From Eukaryota sp. TZLM1-RC (taxonomy: Eukaryota > Protista > Metamonada: BaSk clade): DNA of 64,000 nt. Of the stretch, positions 1 through 11,731 are shown piece by piece (within the stretch, counting starts at the first letter, position 1; every line of letters begins with the position of its first letter). The stretch is taken from assembly GCA_040285825.1 (NCBI GenBank), contig JAUPSS010000001.1, positions 3,720,001 through 3,784,000 of the forward strand, given 5' to 3'. The position numbers and the translations under genes are program-made. Below the pieces are notes generated by a model. The model was not told the DNA's origin. It did not search any database and saw only the letters and a program-made list of their open reading frames with translations.

Positions 1-1010
1 CCATTTAAATTGGGAACAACTAGATCACCTCTTGTCAGACCCATAGAAGCTCTGTTGTAACGCGTACTATCAATATTGGGATCATCAAGAATTAATTTTG
101 ACAACAGCGGCTCTAAAAAGGAATCTACTGGATATGATTTGCACATTACATAAATTTGGTCCTTGACGTTATTATGCCCTTTGCTTTTAAATGTAATGAA
201 ATGTTTACTGTTCAAAAGATGAGTAAACAAAAGAGGTTTACCACATTTACAAGTTAAATGATTGGACAAATTGTTTGGCCACAGAAAACAACGAAAACGC
301 ATGTTTAAAAGCCATTCATTGTTTTTTAACAAAAGTCCAGAAACAGAGAAAATTTGAGTTACTAGAGCAGCAGCAAAACTATCACCAATGTGTTTTAAAA
401 AATTACCGAAAGCGGGATTTTTAGTTTTGGCCAAGCCAAGTCTTACTTCATAATCCAAGCCTTCATGTAGTTTAACCAGATTGTGCTGAAGCTTTTTCAA
501 GCAAAAACGTAAATTTGGAAGTGATCGGGTGGTAATTCCTTGAATATTTTGAGGAAAACACTGAATCCAGATATCACTAGGCAAATTTTCTAATTCAATT
601 TCAAGTTGATTCAAATAAAAATTTGATTCATCATGGATCAGATGAACAGCATAAGGAAACCTTTGAGAAAATTCAAAAATAAAATTTTTCCACCTCCCCA
701 AAAAGCTGCTTTACATAAAATCGAAGATTTCGTGAAACCAATTCCACCTAATTCAGCAGAACAAAAAACATGACTTCGAATTAAAGATTCATTTACCTCC
801 AATAATGAAGCAAAAAATTTGACCCGAAGTTTGTTGAAAGATCTACAAAAATCAAGAAATACCGAAGGAGGGGTTGACCTTAAAATATGAGTGAATTTTC
901 CAGAATAACAAAAAATAAACAAATAAAAAATTTGATGTGTTTTTCAAAATCAAATTTAGCAATAAAACTTAGATCCCTGTCAAATTTTTCCAATAAATTG
1001 TACAAGTTAT
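1..1010 (-). mobile_element. Degenerate CRE/SLACS-like (RT-RLE) non-LTR retrotransposon, C-terminal half, runs off the window
   Basis: CYSGKFTHILRS motif (ORF 638-922), C-x-C...H-x-x-x-C knuckle near 220-255 and RGDLVVP RLE motif at 1-35; frameshifted. Confidence 0.85.
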
Positions 1011-1176
1011 TCAAACAAATGTTGGTTCAATCAATTTTGTCCCATCAGTTATGAGTTTATTTTGTAAAGTGTGCAAGACGAATAAACATCTACTTCATTG
1101 CTGAATATCAAGATTCAATATATAAAGATCATTTACTCCTAAAATACACTTACTATACACAAATTAAAACTTAAAA

Positions 1177-3139
1177 CTATGAATTTTCTAAATTCAAATT
1201 AATTAATTGGTCTTTAATCAACAACGACAGCCGTTGGACCAAAACTTCATCTAAATGATAAACCTCTCCAAATCTTTGTGCAAGTTCATCAGGATCATCA
1301 CCTTCGTGTATACCCAGCCTTCCCATCTTACCCCCTCCAAGTCCAACATCCATATAGAGCAACGGTTGGTGTGATTCCCGTTGAGTGGAGCGTTTTTCTG
1401 TTGCAAAATCAAAAGGCTCGACATCACGCTTTCTCCTCGCCCAGGTAGAATCGCTATAACCGCTACCCTCAGCTCTTTTCCTATCTTCTTCACGTTGCTC
1501 TTTAGCCTTCCTCATCCGCTGAACTGTAGCTTCCATTGCAGCCTTAGTTCGTGCAGGTAATTGTGGCTGGTTCTTCACAGGACTCTTTGCTAGATTCGGC
1601 TTAAAAGTGCATTCTGCGAGGTCTTTTTCTTCACGTGGAATCATATGTTTAGAAACTGTTGGTTTCTTTCTTGTATATAATTGATCATTGGATCTTGATC
1701 TCACAACATTGGTCCTAGCGCGGGAAATATTTGGCTTAAATGTACATTGGTCAAGTTCCTTCAATTCACGATCTCTCTTCAGTTGCTCTACTTTTTGCTG
1801 TCTTCTTTTAGTTTCCATAATTAACCGTTCGTGACGCGCCTGATTACGTGTTGATTGATTGGATTTGTCGAGATAAGCTGATTTCCGATTGATTGTGGGT
1901 TTAAAACTGTCAGAAAGATCATCTTCATGTTTTCTTTCATTTTTTATAAAAGCAAGTCTCAAGCTATTGAACTGCTGGAAATCCTTCAAAACGGAAACAA
2001 ACATCGTTTCAAACCCTTCAATGGGGGTCAGGTAAACGTCATCATTGCCTGTCGTTTTTTGATTAATAACGTCATCAATTTCCCTTAGTTCTTCATACAA
2101 ATCATCCTTGTTCCATTTTAAGGCAGTTCCCGCAAGTCGAATTAAACTACTCAAAGGGAAAGTGTCCCTCATAGGCAGTTCAATACACGTGAACAGACGG
2201 TCAATAAACGACTTTTCTTGACTCCTATCATTTGGTGAAGGACTTTGTTTGAAAAAACCTGCATTTCGGAGGACAGTGGACATTTCAGATCGTGAAATTG
2301 TCAGATTTTCAGAAGAAATTTCTTCAAAAGCACCACGAAGCAACCTAATTACACGTTTGATTGCCAATTTTCTTGAAGAGTCGCTGATTTTTGACCCTTT
2401 CTGAACTGGTACTGTTTCAGCCTCCTTCATCTTCTTCTCCATCAGTTCTCTTCTTCGTAGTGCTTCTTCGTAAAGGCTGAGAGCACGTTTGCTTGAGCTC
2501 CTTGGGGTCAGGACTTCTGGAGACTTCTCATCATCACTGACGTCATCCTCATCCTCCTTCTTTGCCATAGAATAGAGACGTTCATGTACTGGTCCTTCTC
2601 GCTGCAGAGATTGGGAGTACATTGAGATTGAAGGGGAAAAAGAGGAAGGATCTACCAAGGAAGAACGAAGTCGGGAGAGTTTGAGGTCACGTTCAGAGGA
2701 AAGACTTTGTTCTGAGATTAGCTTTAGAGTTGGACATACGTTCTGATAAAAAGTCTGATCGCTCTTTAGCAAACTTGTATGCGTTGGTTTTGGGCGTAAA
2801 TGTGGCTTCTCTTTCAGATTCAGATAGTAAGCTGGACTGCAGCTGTTGGAGACGTTGCTTTTTCTCTTCAAGTTCCTCCTTGAAGCGTCTTGATAGGGGT
2901 TCACGGGAAGAGAGTCCACGAGCAGTGTTAGATATAGAAGGAGAGAAGGTACATGACTCAACTTCTTGCTTTTCGCGACGTTCAGCTTCTTTGCGAAGTT
3001 GTTCGTCGCGTTCTATTTGTTTAACTAGAGCTTCAACGTGTAGCATTTCGCCATAGTTGAGAGAGCTGTGTTGAACAGGGGAGTTTGTGTGGGTATTATC
3101 AGAGAGTGGAGAAGCAGAAGGGGAAAGACTGCTACTCAT
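1177..3139 (-). CDS. Coiled-coil protein with repeated (C/A)TFxPxI motifs; exons 3139-2740 and 2711-1177
   Basis: ORFs 2693-3139 and 1177-2961 join in frame after removing a 28-nt intron GTATGT..CTAAT..CAG at 2712-2739. Confidence 0.8.
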
Positions 3140-3199
3140 AGTGAAGATAAGTGGCTCTAGTGGCTCCTACTATTGTGATTATTTAAATAAAAAACTTTA

Positions 3200-5463
3200 A
3201 TTTGTCCATTTTTGTGACAACAAAACTTTTTTTCAACAATCTTCTTACGTTAAAAATTAAAGTCCCTTTTGAGATGACCAGTGCTCGCTTAATTGCCCTT
3301 AAAAAAAGTCAATCCAAAATCCGTCCAATTGCAATTGGAGAATCTTTTTCAAGAATTCTTGCGTCTCTTGTTTTCAATAGAATTGGAAAAAAAGCCAAGG
3401 AATTTTTCAGTCCGTTTCAATTTGGAATCAAGACAATTGATGGTGCTTCTTCTGCTGCTCTTTCGTCGGATGTGTTTTTTAATTCTAGTGATTCTAATTA
3501 CATCTTCAATTTAGATTTTAAGAATGCTTTCAATTCTGTATCTCGTTCTTCCATTTTACCTTTGCTGCAAAAGCATTTTCCTGAAGTTGAGCCTTTTTTT
3601 CTATTCATTTTATGGAAAATCATCCACATTGGTCTATGAAAATTTTGACCTGCTTTCGTCTTCAGGTGTTAAACAAGGTGATCCACTTGGTCCTTTTTTC
3701 TTTTGTCTGGCAATTCATCCATTAATGTGCGAATTGAAAGAAAAGTTCCCAGAAATAGATATTGTAGCATATATGGATGACATTTCTGTAATTGCTCCTA
3801 TTACAATTCTGAAACAAATAGCAACTTTTATTCAACAGCGTTATGAAGATATTGGTCTCTCATTGAATATCTCCAAATGTTTGATTATTGGCCATGAACC
3901 AATTGATTTTTTCATTAATGATGTCAATGTCCCCTTTATCAATTATGATCAGTCTGGTTTTCGTTTTTTGGGTTGTTATCTCGGAAATATTGATGAAGTC
4001 AAAAGCCAACTTTCGACTCTGTTGACTCAATTTGGAAATGAATTAGAATCAATAGAAAATTTAAATATTGAGAAACATTTGAAATTCTTTTTCCTCAAAA
4101 TCTGTTATTCTGGAAAATTTACTCATATTTTGAGATCAACATCACCATCAATTTCCTTGGAGTTCTGTCGCATTTTTAATGAACAAAGAACTAATTTTTA
4201 GCAAAATTATTGGAAATTGATGCATCTCAGTTACGAAGCCACATTTTTGTGGTACAAATTTTGGTGGTGTTGATTTTCATAAGTCAAGCTACCTTTGTAA
4301 AGCTGCTTTTATTGGAGGTGGAAAGAATTTTATTTATGAATTTGTGAATCGTTTTCCTGAAAAAATTCATCTCATTGAAAATTGTGGCAGCTCCTATCTT
4401 ATTTCTTTGCAACAGGAATTGAAACTCTTTCACCCAATATTTGGGCTAAATGTTTCCCCTCTGATATTGTGGAACTTCCTTCAAGAAGCTTGCTCTCCTT
4501 ACCATTGACTTTTGCAAAATTGCAGAAAAAATTTTGAAAGTTTTAGAAAACTTGGATTATATTGTACGTCTTAGCTTGGCTAAGGAAAAAAAATCCCGTT
4601 TTTGCAAACTTTTTGATTGATCTTGAAGACAGTTGCTCAAGTTGCTTAATCTCCCAAATTCCCAACATTTACGGCCTTCTACTTAATGATCACCAATGGA
4701 CCACTGCAATGAGATTGAGATGTTTTCTATGGCCTTGTTCATTGCCAAATGATTTAATTTGTCGCTGCAAGAGTGTTGTTACGCTTTCCCATATTTTTAA
4801 ACTGTAAGTATTTCATAACTTATCGCTCACTTGTTCATGACTCAGTTCGTGATCAATTATATGCCATGTGCAAAAAGTTTCAATATAGAGGCATTTATTG
4901 AGCCACTAGTACGTAAGCTGTCTTCAGATCAAACTGATGATTCCTTTGGTAAAAGAAGGGCAGATTTAGTAGCTCCAGGGATCGATGGTGTTCTCAATGT
5001 TGTAGACGTTGTCTCAGTGGATGTTTGCAAAAATTCTGCTGCTCGTTTAGTGTATTCCGCTGACTCGCCGTTATCTAACGCCGAAAAAAAGAAGATAAAA
5101 AAATATGAAGAACCTTTGGCACAGTTAGGTAGAGTGGAACATGTGAAATATCAGTTTGTGCCGTTTGCAATTTCTCTTTTTGGCAATATTGGACCTTCAG
5201 GCTTGCACTTTTTGGAAAATTTTAAAAAAGTGTTACTGAATAGGTCTGGTAAAACATTGAACTCCACTTTCTGGTTAAATAGAATTGTTTTTGCATTTTC
5301 AAGTCTATTCCAACAATGATTTCAAAGGCACTTTTAGCTATTGGTGTAGAATATGAACGTAATGCTGTGAGTAGGTTCAGTAATAGTGACGCTTGTTTGG
5401 AGGATATTGAATTCTAGATGGTTATTTTTATCTCAATAAATATTCCAGTTTTTAAAAAAAAAA
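3200..5463 (+). mobile_element. 5'-truncated CRE/SLACS-like non-LTR retrotransposon (family B), frameshifted
   Basis: IRPIAIGE, DFKNAFNS, GVKQGDPLGP and YMDD RT motifs; CRC..H..C knuckle; RRADL..VVDV..AEKKKIKKY RLE; AATAAA and A-tail at ~5435-5463. Confidence 0.92.
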
Positions 5464-5639
5464 TTTTTTTGTGAGTAATACTTATTTATTAAAATACTTA
5501 TAAATCAACATTTGTCCATTGAAGGTTATTTGTTTGAATGAATCGACAGTTTGAAGGTCATGAGCAAATACAAACGGTTTTCATGATCAGCAATTTGAAA
5601 ATATTATTAATAATATAATTTTATGTTAATTTTATATGA

Positions 5640-6020
5640 TGATGTTTTACTTAGCACTAATGGTCATTTAAACAAGGCTGAAGATCGTAAGAGAGATAAA
5701 TATACTGAGATATTAAATGATTTAAATAAGAACCTTTACTCGAATTTTTCGTTTGTTCCTTTTGCCTTTTCGATTTTTGGCAACATTGGACAATCCGCCT
5801 TGAATTTCCTCAATGATTTTGGTAATTTATGTCGTTCAAGTGGTAAGAATTTTGCAGGGAATTTATGGAAGAATCGTATCATTTTTGCTTTGTATAGATG
5901 TGTTTTTAAGTACTTGAGTTTAATGATGTCCAAACTTTATAAGGATTCATCAAGAGTTGGCGTGGAGAATTTAGTTTCTTATGTATTTTAGTTTGTTTTG
6001 TTTTTATTTGATTCTTCGTA
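5640..6020 (+). mobile_element. 3' RLE fragment of a non-LTR retrotransposon (family D)
   Basis: AEDRKRDKY..FVPFAFSIFGNIG..WKNRIIF; near-identical to 41390-41700. Confidence 0.8.
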
Positions 6021-6119
6021 AAAATGAATATTAATATATAATTTATTATAAATGAGTTTATTAAGAAAATAGAACTTTATTGAAATCTTCTGAACCATCT
6101 CCTGGATCTTTAGGTTACC

Positions 6120-6330
6120 CTGTTTTGGCATTCCTTCAAAATTCCAGTGTAGTTGTAAAGGAAAGAACTGGAAGAGTTTTCAACCGTGTTGACTGGTTAA
6201 ACAAAAAAAAGTGAAAAACAGTAAAAAAAGTAAATAAGTGAACAAGTGAAAAAAAGTGAAAAAAAGTAAAAAATTGTGTTTTCTATTTATAAGGGAATAG
6301 TGAAGGTTATTTCTGATTCACTTTCTTCTT
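6120..6330 (+). mobile_element. Short degenerate RLE C-terminal fragment interrupted by an AAAAAGT-like low-complexity tract
   Basis: VVKERTGRVFNRVDWLN..[A-rich insert ~6200-6270]..IVFSIYKG. Confidence 0.55.
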
Positions 6331-6339
6331 TTTACCAGA

Positions 6340-7760
6340 TTTTCAAAATCATCAATAAAATTCATGGCAGTTCTTCCAAGACATTCAAAGATATATCAAA
6401 TGGGCAAATTTGATAATCTACATGGCGAAGATGTTTCAATTCTTTCATAGGATTTGCATATTTTTTCCATTTGTACAATTCGGAGTCATCAAGCAGGGAT
6501 ACTTCAAATTGTGCATCGTTCAAGGCATCATTCTAACAAACATCCACTCTTACGACGTCAACAACATTCAAGACATCCATAAACGGGGGCACAATAAAGC
6601 AGCGCGTCCTTTTCCATATCCTGAATCTCTTACTTCATTTATATCAAGAAACCTCAACAACGGTTCTACAAATGATTCAATATGATAGGATTTACAGACT
6701 GCATGGATTTGATTACTGACAACATCATGCATACTGGAACGATAAGAAATAAATCTGTTGCAACTAAATATATGTGATAATATCAAACTAGCTCCACATT
6801 TACAAAACAAATCATTGGGCAAATTGCAAGGCCATAAATAGCAACGCATTGTCAAATCAGTAGTTCTCATTCAAAAATAAACCAAACCAATAATAAATTT
6901 GGAGAATTTGATTCAACAGAACTGCAGATGAACTCTCCTTCAAATCAATTAAAAAAATTGCAAAAGCAGGATTTTCTTGCTTAGTTGAGATAAGTCGAAC
7001 AAGGAAATTTCTACTTTCAAATTTTCTCAAAAGATATCATTGGAGCTTTTTCAACGCAAATTTTAAAGAATACAAACTTCTTTCTGGAATGTCTTGAATA
7101 GATATGGGGAAACAAGATTGTCATAATTCAGGAGACAAACTGGATACTTCTTCTCTTAAGTTATCGAGGAATAGGCTATTTGTAGTTTCAAGAAAGTTTT
7201 CGGCATAAGGATATCTTCTAGAAAATTCAAACACAAATTTTGTTCCACCACCAGCAAATGCAGCTTTTGTCAAATACTTTGATGAATTAAAACCAACACC
7301 ACAAAGTTGAACATGAGCAAAAATATGATTTTGCAAAATTGATGGATCAGCAGTCATTAAATAGCCCACAAAATCTGCACTTTTTTGTTAATTTGTCTAC
7401 AGAAATTGTAAGTTAATGATGGAGGTAAACATCGAAGCAAAAGGGTAATTGTTCCAGAACATATTTTCAAAAGAACAAATTCAAGATGCTTTTCCAATTC
7501 AAGGGTCTTAGTGACTTCAAGCTTTGCTTAATTCAATTTCAATAGTTATCAAGTGTTTTTTCAGCAGAACCGAGGTAACATCCAAAAAAGCAAAAACTAG
7601 ATGAACTATAATGAATTAATGGTACTTCCAGGGAATTATTTATTAATTTAACATTGTTTCTAAAAAAACAAAAACATTTTTGAACATTCAAATCAAGACC
7701 TATGGATTGATATAATGTAGCATATAATGATATAACTTTATTTCACAAAAGCCTACATGA
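6340..7760 (-). mobile_element. Degenerate CRE/SLACS-like retrotransposon
   Basis: ORFs 6568-6870 (CKC..H..C knuckle, ESFVEPLL) and 7121-7369 (AAFAGGG) are homologous to the other copies. Confidence 0.8.
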
Positions 7761-7881
7761 ACAAACCAAACTGTTCTTTTTTTGATGGGAAGTTTGTTCG
7801 AAAATGAAAGATGCAACTACGTTAGTGTTTGCAAAAAAACTGAATTTATCCTAAAAATGACATATAAATTGGCAAAACCAT

Positions 7882-8616
7882 TCAAGAACACGGCTCGAGT
7901 TTCCAACAAATCACTTCAAAAAGTTCTTTGGGCCAATTAGGAACTGACTCTCTTGCTACAACACTCAATCCTGCAGCAGTGAATAATTCCTCAAAGTAGC
8001 TACACGGCCTCGTGACGCTGTTGTCATCTTCATCAAAGGAAAGTCCCCCATCAAACGTCACATTCTCCTTGATGACGATACATCCTCCCTTGGACAAATG
8101 GGACTGACAAAACTCAAGTGATTCAACAACTTCGTCATCATTTAGATAAAGCAATACCCATTCGAGAAAATATACGTCATAAATTAAACTGCCAATTTGA
8201 CTTACAGATTGAAATCCTAAACAAAAACGATCCGCAATCCTCTCAGGAACTGACGATAACAACGTTTTTGAATGCTCTAAGAACCGCAAAGAAGGTTCTA
8301 AAAGGCTTATTTTGGCGTTACGAAAAACAGGCAACAAAACACTTTTGGTAATTCTCCCAATGCCACTGCCCACATCTATCACACTGTTAACTGAATTCAG
8401 ACCCATTGTAGGTGGGTGTCGTCTGAGAAAAGACAGTGAATGTGCAATATCTATGCCAGACAGATTACCGAAACCCCCAAGCATTCCATCAGCGTCTGTG
8501 GAAGCCTCATTCCAGTAGTCAGTGGTTTGCTTCGTCCAAGTAGAACCATTAGAGGTGGCTTGGTCTTGAAATTGATCCCATATGGCCCTGGATACCTCTG
8601 TAAAAGGCGATAACAT
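7882..8616 (-). CDS. NTMT1: Alpha-N-terminal protein methyltransferase (NTM1/Tae1 family)
   Basis: YW..GMLGGF, DVGSGIGRITK SAM motif, WVLLYL, IKEN..D..D.SVTR. Confidence 0.9.
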   Translation of the reverse strand: MLSPFTEVSRAIWDQFQDQATSNGSTWTKQTTDYWNEASTDADGMLGGFGNLSGIDIAHSLSFLRRHPPTMGLNSVNSVIDVGSGIGRITKSVLLPVFRNAKISLLEPSLRFLEHSKTLLSSVPERIADRFCLGFQSVSQIGSLIYDVYFLEWVLLYLNDDEVVESLEFCQSHLSKGGCIVIKENVTFDGGLSFDEDDNSVTRPCSYFEELFTAAGLSVVARESVPNWPKELFEVICWKLEPCS

Positions 8617-8706
8617 AAGGTATCAAGAGACTATGACCGTTCCACAAAAGAGGAGATGTGTGGCTCACTTAAGAAAGAGTTTAGCAAAAGGAAGTGAACA
8701 AGTATT

Positions 8707-9213
8707 ACTGTGAATTTCACTTATCATTAGGATTTCGATTTGAGTCGAGTCGAGTTAACTCGAGTCAAACTTATCTGACTCAACTCGACTCATTCTTTCA
8801 TCCATTGACTCGACTCGACTCATGAGTCAAACGAGTCGAGTTGAGTTGACTCATTCTTTCATCCATTGACTCGACTCGACTCGACTCATAAGTTATCATG
8901 CATTCCCCTGTGCAATTCACTCCTGTTTTCAACTTTCTCAATGTCTACTCACAGGTTGTAAGAGACATGTAGCGTCACTTGACAAAGACAATCATGATCT
9001 TCATCAATGGGCTACCTCACTTAAATACACCTACTGCTTTCACAGAACAAAGCTCCGCGACTTGATGTATCTAAGTCGATCTACCAAATGCCACTAAGGT
9101 ATTTGTAGATCGGTCTCAAAAGTTTTTCAAAAAAATCAAAAATAAAGAAAAAAACTCAAAATAAAATATCAGTTTTTCCAAAGTTTTTGTTTCTGTATGC
9201 TCAGGTTCCCCAT
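8707..9213 (-). ncRNA. Candidate Fanzor omegaRNA scaffold (copy 1, interrupted by insertion 8728-8892)
   Basis: Conserved non-coding region downstream of the Fanzor stop, with a hairpin at 9078-9111 and a terminal GTGAATT..AATTCAC stem; function inferred from position. Confidence 0.55.
8728..8892. mobile_element. 165-bp MITE-like insertion made of GAGTC/GACTC pentamers, flanked by a 7-bp TTATCAT duplication
   Basis: Absent from the 43.1-kb copy, which has a single TTATCAT; TTATCAT occurs at 8721-8727 and 8893-8899. Confidence 0.75.
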
Positions 9214-11157
9214 TCATCTTCTCAACAGAGCTTCTGGGCAAATGTATTTTTCCGGCCACAATTCCGCTTTCTTCTTGCTTTGAATATTTTTTGCAGCGGA
9301 AATATCTCTGTCACTATTTGACACTCAGTACAAATACGCATCTGCCATGAGCCTGCTTGAATATTCTCGGCCATGCAACAACTTGACAGTTTGCTTGTAT
9401 TAAATTCACTGGTTGACAAGTGCTTCATGTCCTTTTGATAACACAACCATTTTCTGAAAGCCCTTGCCGATCCATATCGATCGATTTTTCGGCAATGAGA
9501 AGGGAAATTAGCAGAACTTACAGCAAGATAGAGTTTTTCAGGATGTCCAGCGAGCCTTTGAAATTTGTTGAGACTCTCTCTGAACCGTCTCTCTTTTTGT
9601 CTGTGGTTATCAAATTTAATTATTGTCCATTTCTGGCGATTACTTTCCAAATACACTTTCCTCCCGACCAAATTTCAATGGTTCAAATATTGGTTGAAAT
9701 TTTGAACGGAATATTGATTGGGAGAGTGTTTACTGGGTGATGGTTTTGTCATGTATCTTCTGCCAGTTGGACAAGGGATAACTCCACATTGATAATCATT
9801 TAAGAAGTAACCACATAATCTTGATTGGCCCATATCAACGCCAATAAGGGACCTTTCAGTTAAAATTTCGACTGGATGTCTACGTCTTCGACGGGGCAAT
9901 TTTTTAGTGCCCTTGAACTGTGTTCCTCTGGTTTTGTTGGCATCATGGTCACTTTTCATTTCTTTTTTCGATCTTCGTTTCTTTTTCGGTGGTTCATCCA
10001 GCTCAACTGTGTTGGCTGAGTCATTATTTTTACCTTCAAATGTCAAAAGCAGTTCCTTACCATTAGTTTTCAATAAAAAATTTTTAAATATATTTTTCAA
10101 ACTTTTTCTGTTGATATTAAAATTTTCGTAAGGACATTGTTTGCATTTTCGTTTCAGACACGTATTTTTTGATGAACTTTGTTTTGGAAGATGATCCTTC
10201 GGTAAGTGGGCATTTTTTCACAGAGTGGAAAACATGTGAAGGTACCTCATGAAATTTAGAACCCTTATGAGAAGCTAAAAAAATTATTCTAAATTTCTTC
10301 CAGTAATGCATATGAGAAAAGAAAGTGAGTAAATATTGTGAAATTTTAAGTTTGAAGAGAAAAAGCTCATCAATTTCCTTTGATGAAAATGTGATTTTAC
10401 CATGTGAAGACATTAAAGAAGCAATGGCAGGAAATCTTTAAAGGAGATTCAAGATAAACTTACATGCATTTAATAAAAAGAATCTTTCTCTTGAATTATT
10501 CAGATTGAAATTGATGTAGTGTTCGAGAACAGAATCAACTACTACTTCTTCGGGTTGGGCTAAGGGTTCATTTGGTAAGAGAATAGATAATTTGACTGAG
10601 ACATTCGTCTTATCTAGAGCTCTACAGTGAGCACGAATAAAGTTTTTGTCCAGGATTCACAAATTGTAGGTAAACTTGTCTTCACGTTAGACGCCAATTG
10701 ACGAGCCCGACAAGCAAGGTAGAGAGAAAGCCCTTTTCTATTGATAAAATTACATTTCTGATCATTGAAGGAAAATATTGAATGGATTTCTATAAGGCAC
10801 TCAAGAATTTTACCATGAAGAAACAAGAGACCTGTCTTGTGGGCATTCAGGAAAAAATCCACTGTAAAAAATATGGCGTAATTGGCGTTGGCCTTTAGAT
10901 GTGGAAGGCTTTGGAAAAGAACCAGTGTTAATGACGGTCATAAAAATATTCCATACATCCTGTTCCACTAAAGCTCAAGATGCCAACGGAAAATTTAAAA
11001 GAAAAGATTGAAGCAATAAAGAAGCTCCATGACAAATCTCGGTGACCAATGGAAGGTCAGTCCGAATTTGTTGCACCGCTGCAGGGGTCAGCAGCGAGTT
11101 AAGTGCACAAGACCGAGTAAATTCACGTGACACAGAGTGGGTGTCTGTGTCACCCAC
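9214..11157 (-). pseudogene. Fanzor1 (eukaryotic TnpB/Cas12-related RNA-guided nuclease), ~650 codons, with stops and frameshifts
   Basis: RuvC-I IGVDMG (~9830-9848), RuvC-II SEFNTSK (~9390-9410), Zn motif CC..CTEC, RuvC-III DRDISAAKNI (~9283-9312); N-terminal SCALNS..VTEI..ASLL and KTNG motifs. Confidence 0.85.
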
Positions 11158-11184
11158 TCTAATTGAAATAAATTAAAATGTTGG

Positions 11185-11520
11185 AAAAAACTTATAAATC
11201 AACATCTAAATAATCTAACTCTCCCAAAACAAAACAACTAGATGCAACCCTGTCATAGTGAGCTTCAATAGAAAGCAGAACATCAAAAACCATCTTCAAC
11301 ATCCCCTTGAAAATAGAAAACACAATTCTATTCTGCCAAAACAATTTGTTTAAATCTCTGTTGGTGCTTCTCTTAACAATCATTTCAAAATCTGCCAAAA
11401 AACGTGAAGCAATGCGAGCAAGAGAAGCAAACAGAGCAATTGCAATGGATACAAATTGTATTTAGCATGCTGTTGGGTAGACAATTTGGACAAAGGTCCC
11501 GTGTATTCCTTTGATTTTGA
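11185..11520 (-). mobile_element. 3' fragment of retrotransposon family A
   Basis: ADFEMIVKR..WQNRIVFSIFKGML..DVDL*; homologous to 18110-18470. Confidence 0.85.
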
Positions 11521-11731
11521 AATTTTATATGTGTGAATAATAACAAAATAATAGTAATATAATAAAATTGATTTGAATCAAAATGTATTGTTTTAGTTGA
11601 AATAATTTCATCGTTGAAAAGTATCTTTACACTATATCTCATCATTGGATGATTTGCATGAGTATTATTGCAATTACAACTTATTCATCTCCAACCTTCA
11701 CATATCACCCATATATCATACTGCAACCAAT

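Larger units (their letters stand above)
8707..11160 (-). mobile_element. Fanzor1-encoding element; 5' end abuts a retrotransposon fragment
   Basis: Fanzor pseudogene plus a 3' non-coding region; the right boundary is defined by homology with 43126-43570. Confidence 0.8.

Noticed and set aside
8728-8892. CRISPR-like array next to a Cas12-related gene
   Set aside because: The repeats are pentamer runs with an identical duplicated segment and no unique spacers; it is an insertion with a target duplication
9214-11157. Alternative genetic code (TGA readthrough) rescuing the Fanzor and retroelement ORFs
   Set aside because: Host genes end in TGA, TAA and TAG at expected positions, and the elements also contain frameshifts
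11100-11190. Left terminal inverted repeat or TSD of the Fanzor element
   Set aside because: No match to the right end is visible; a retrotransposon tail abuts here, so the host transposon superfamily cannot be assigned
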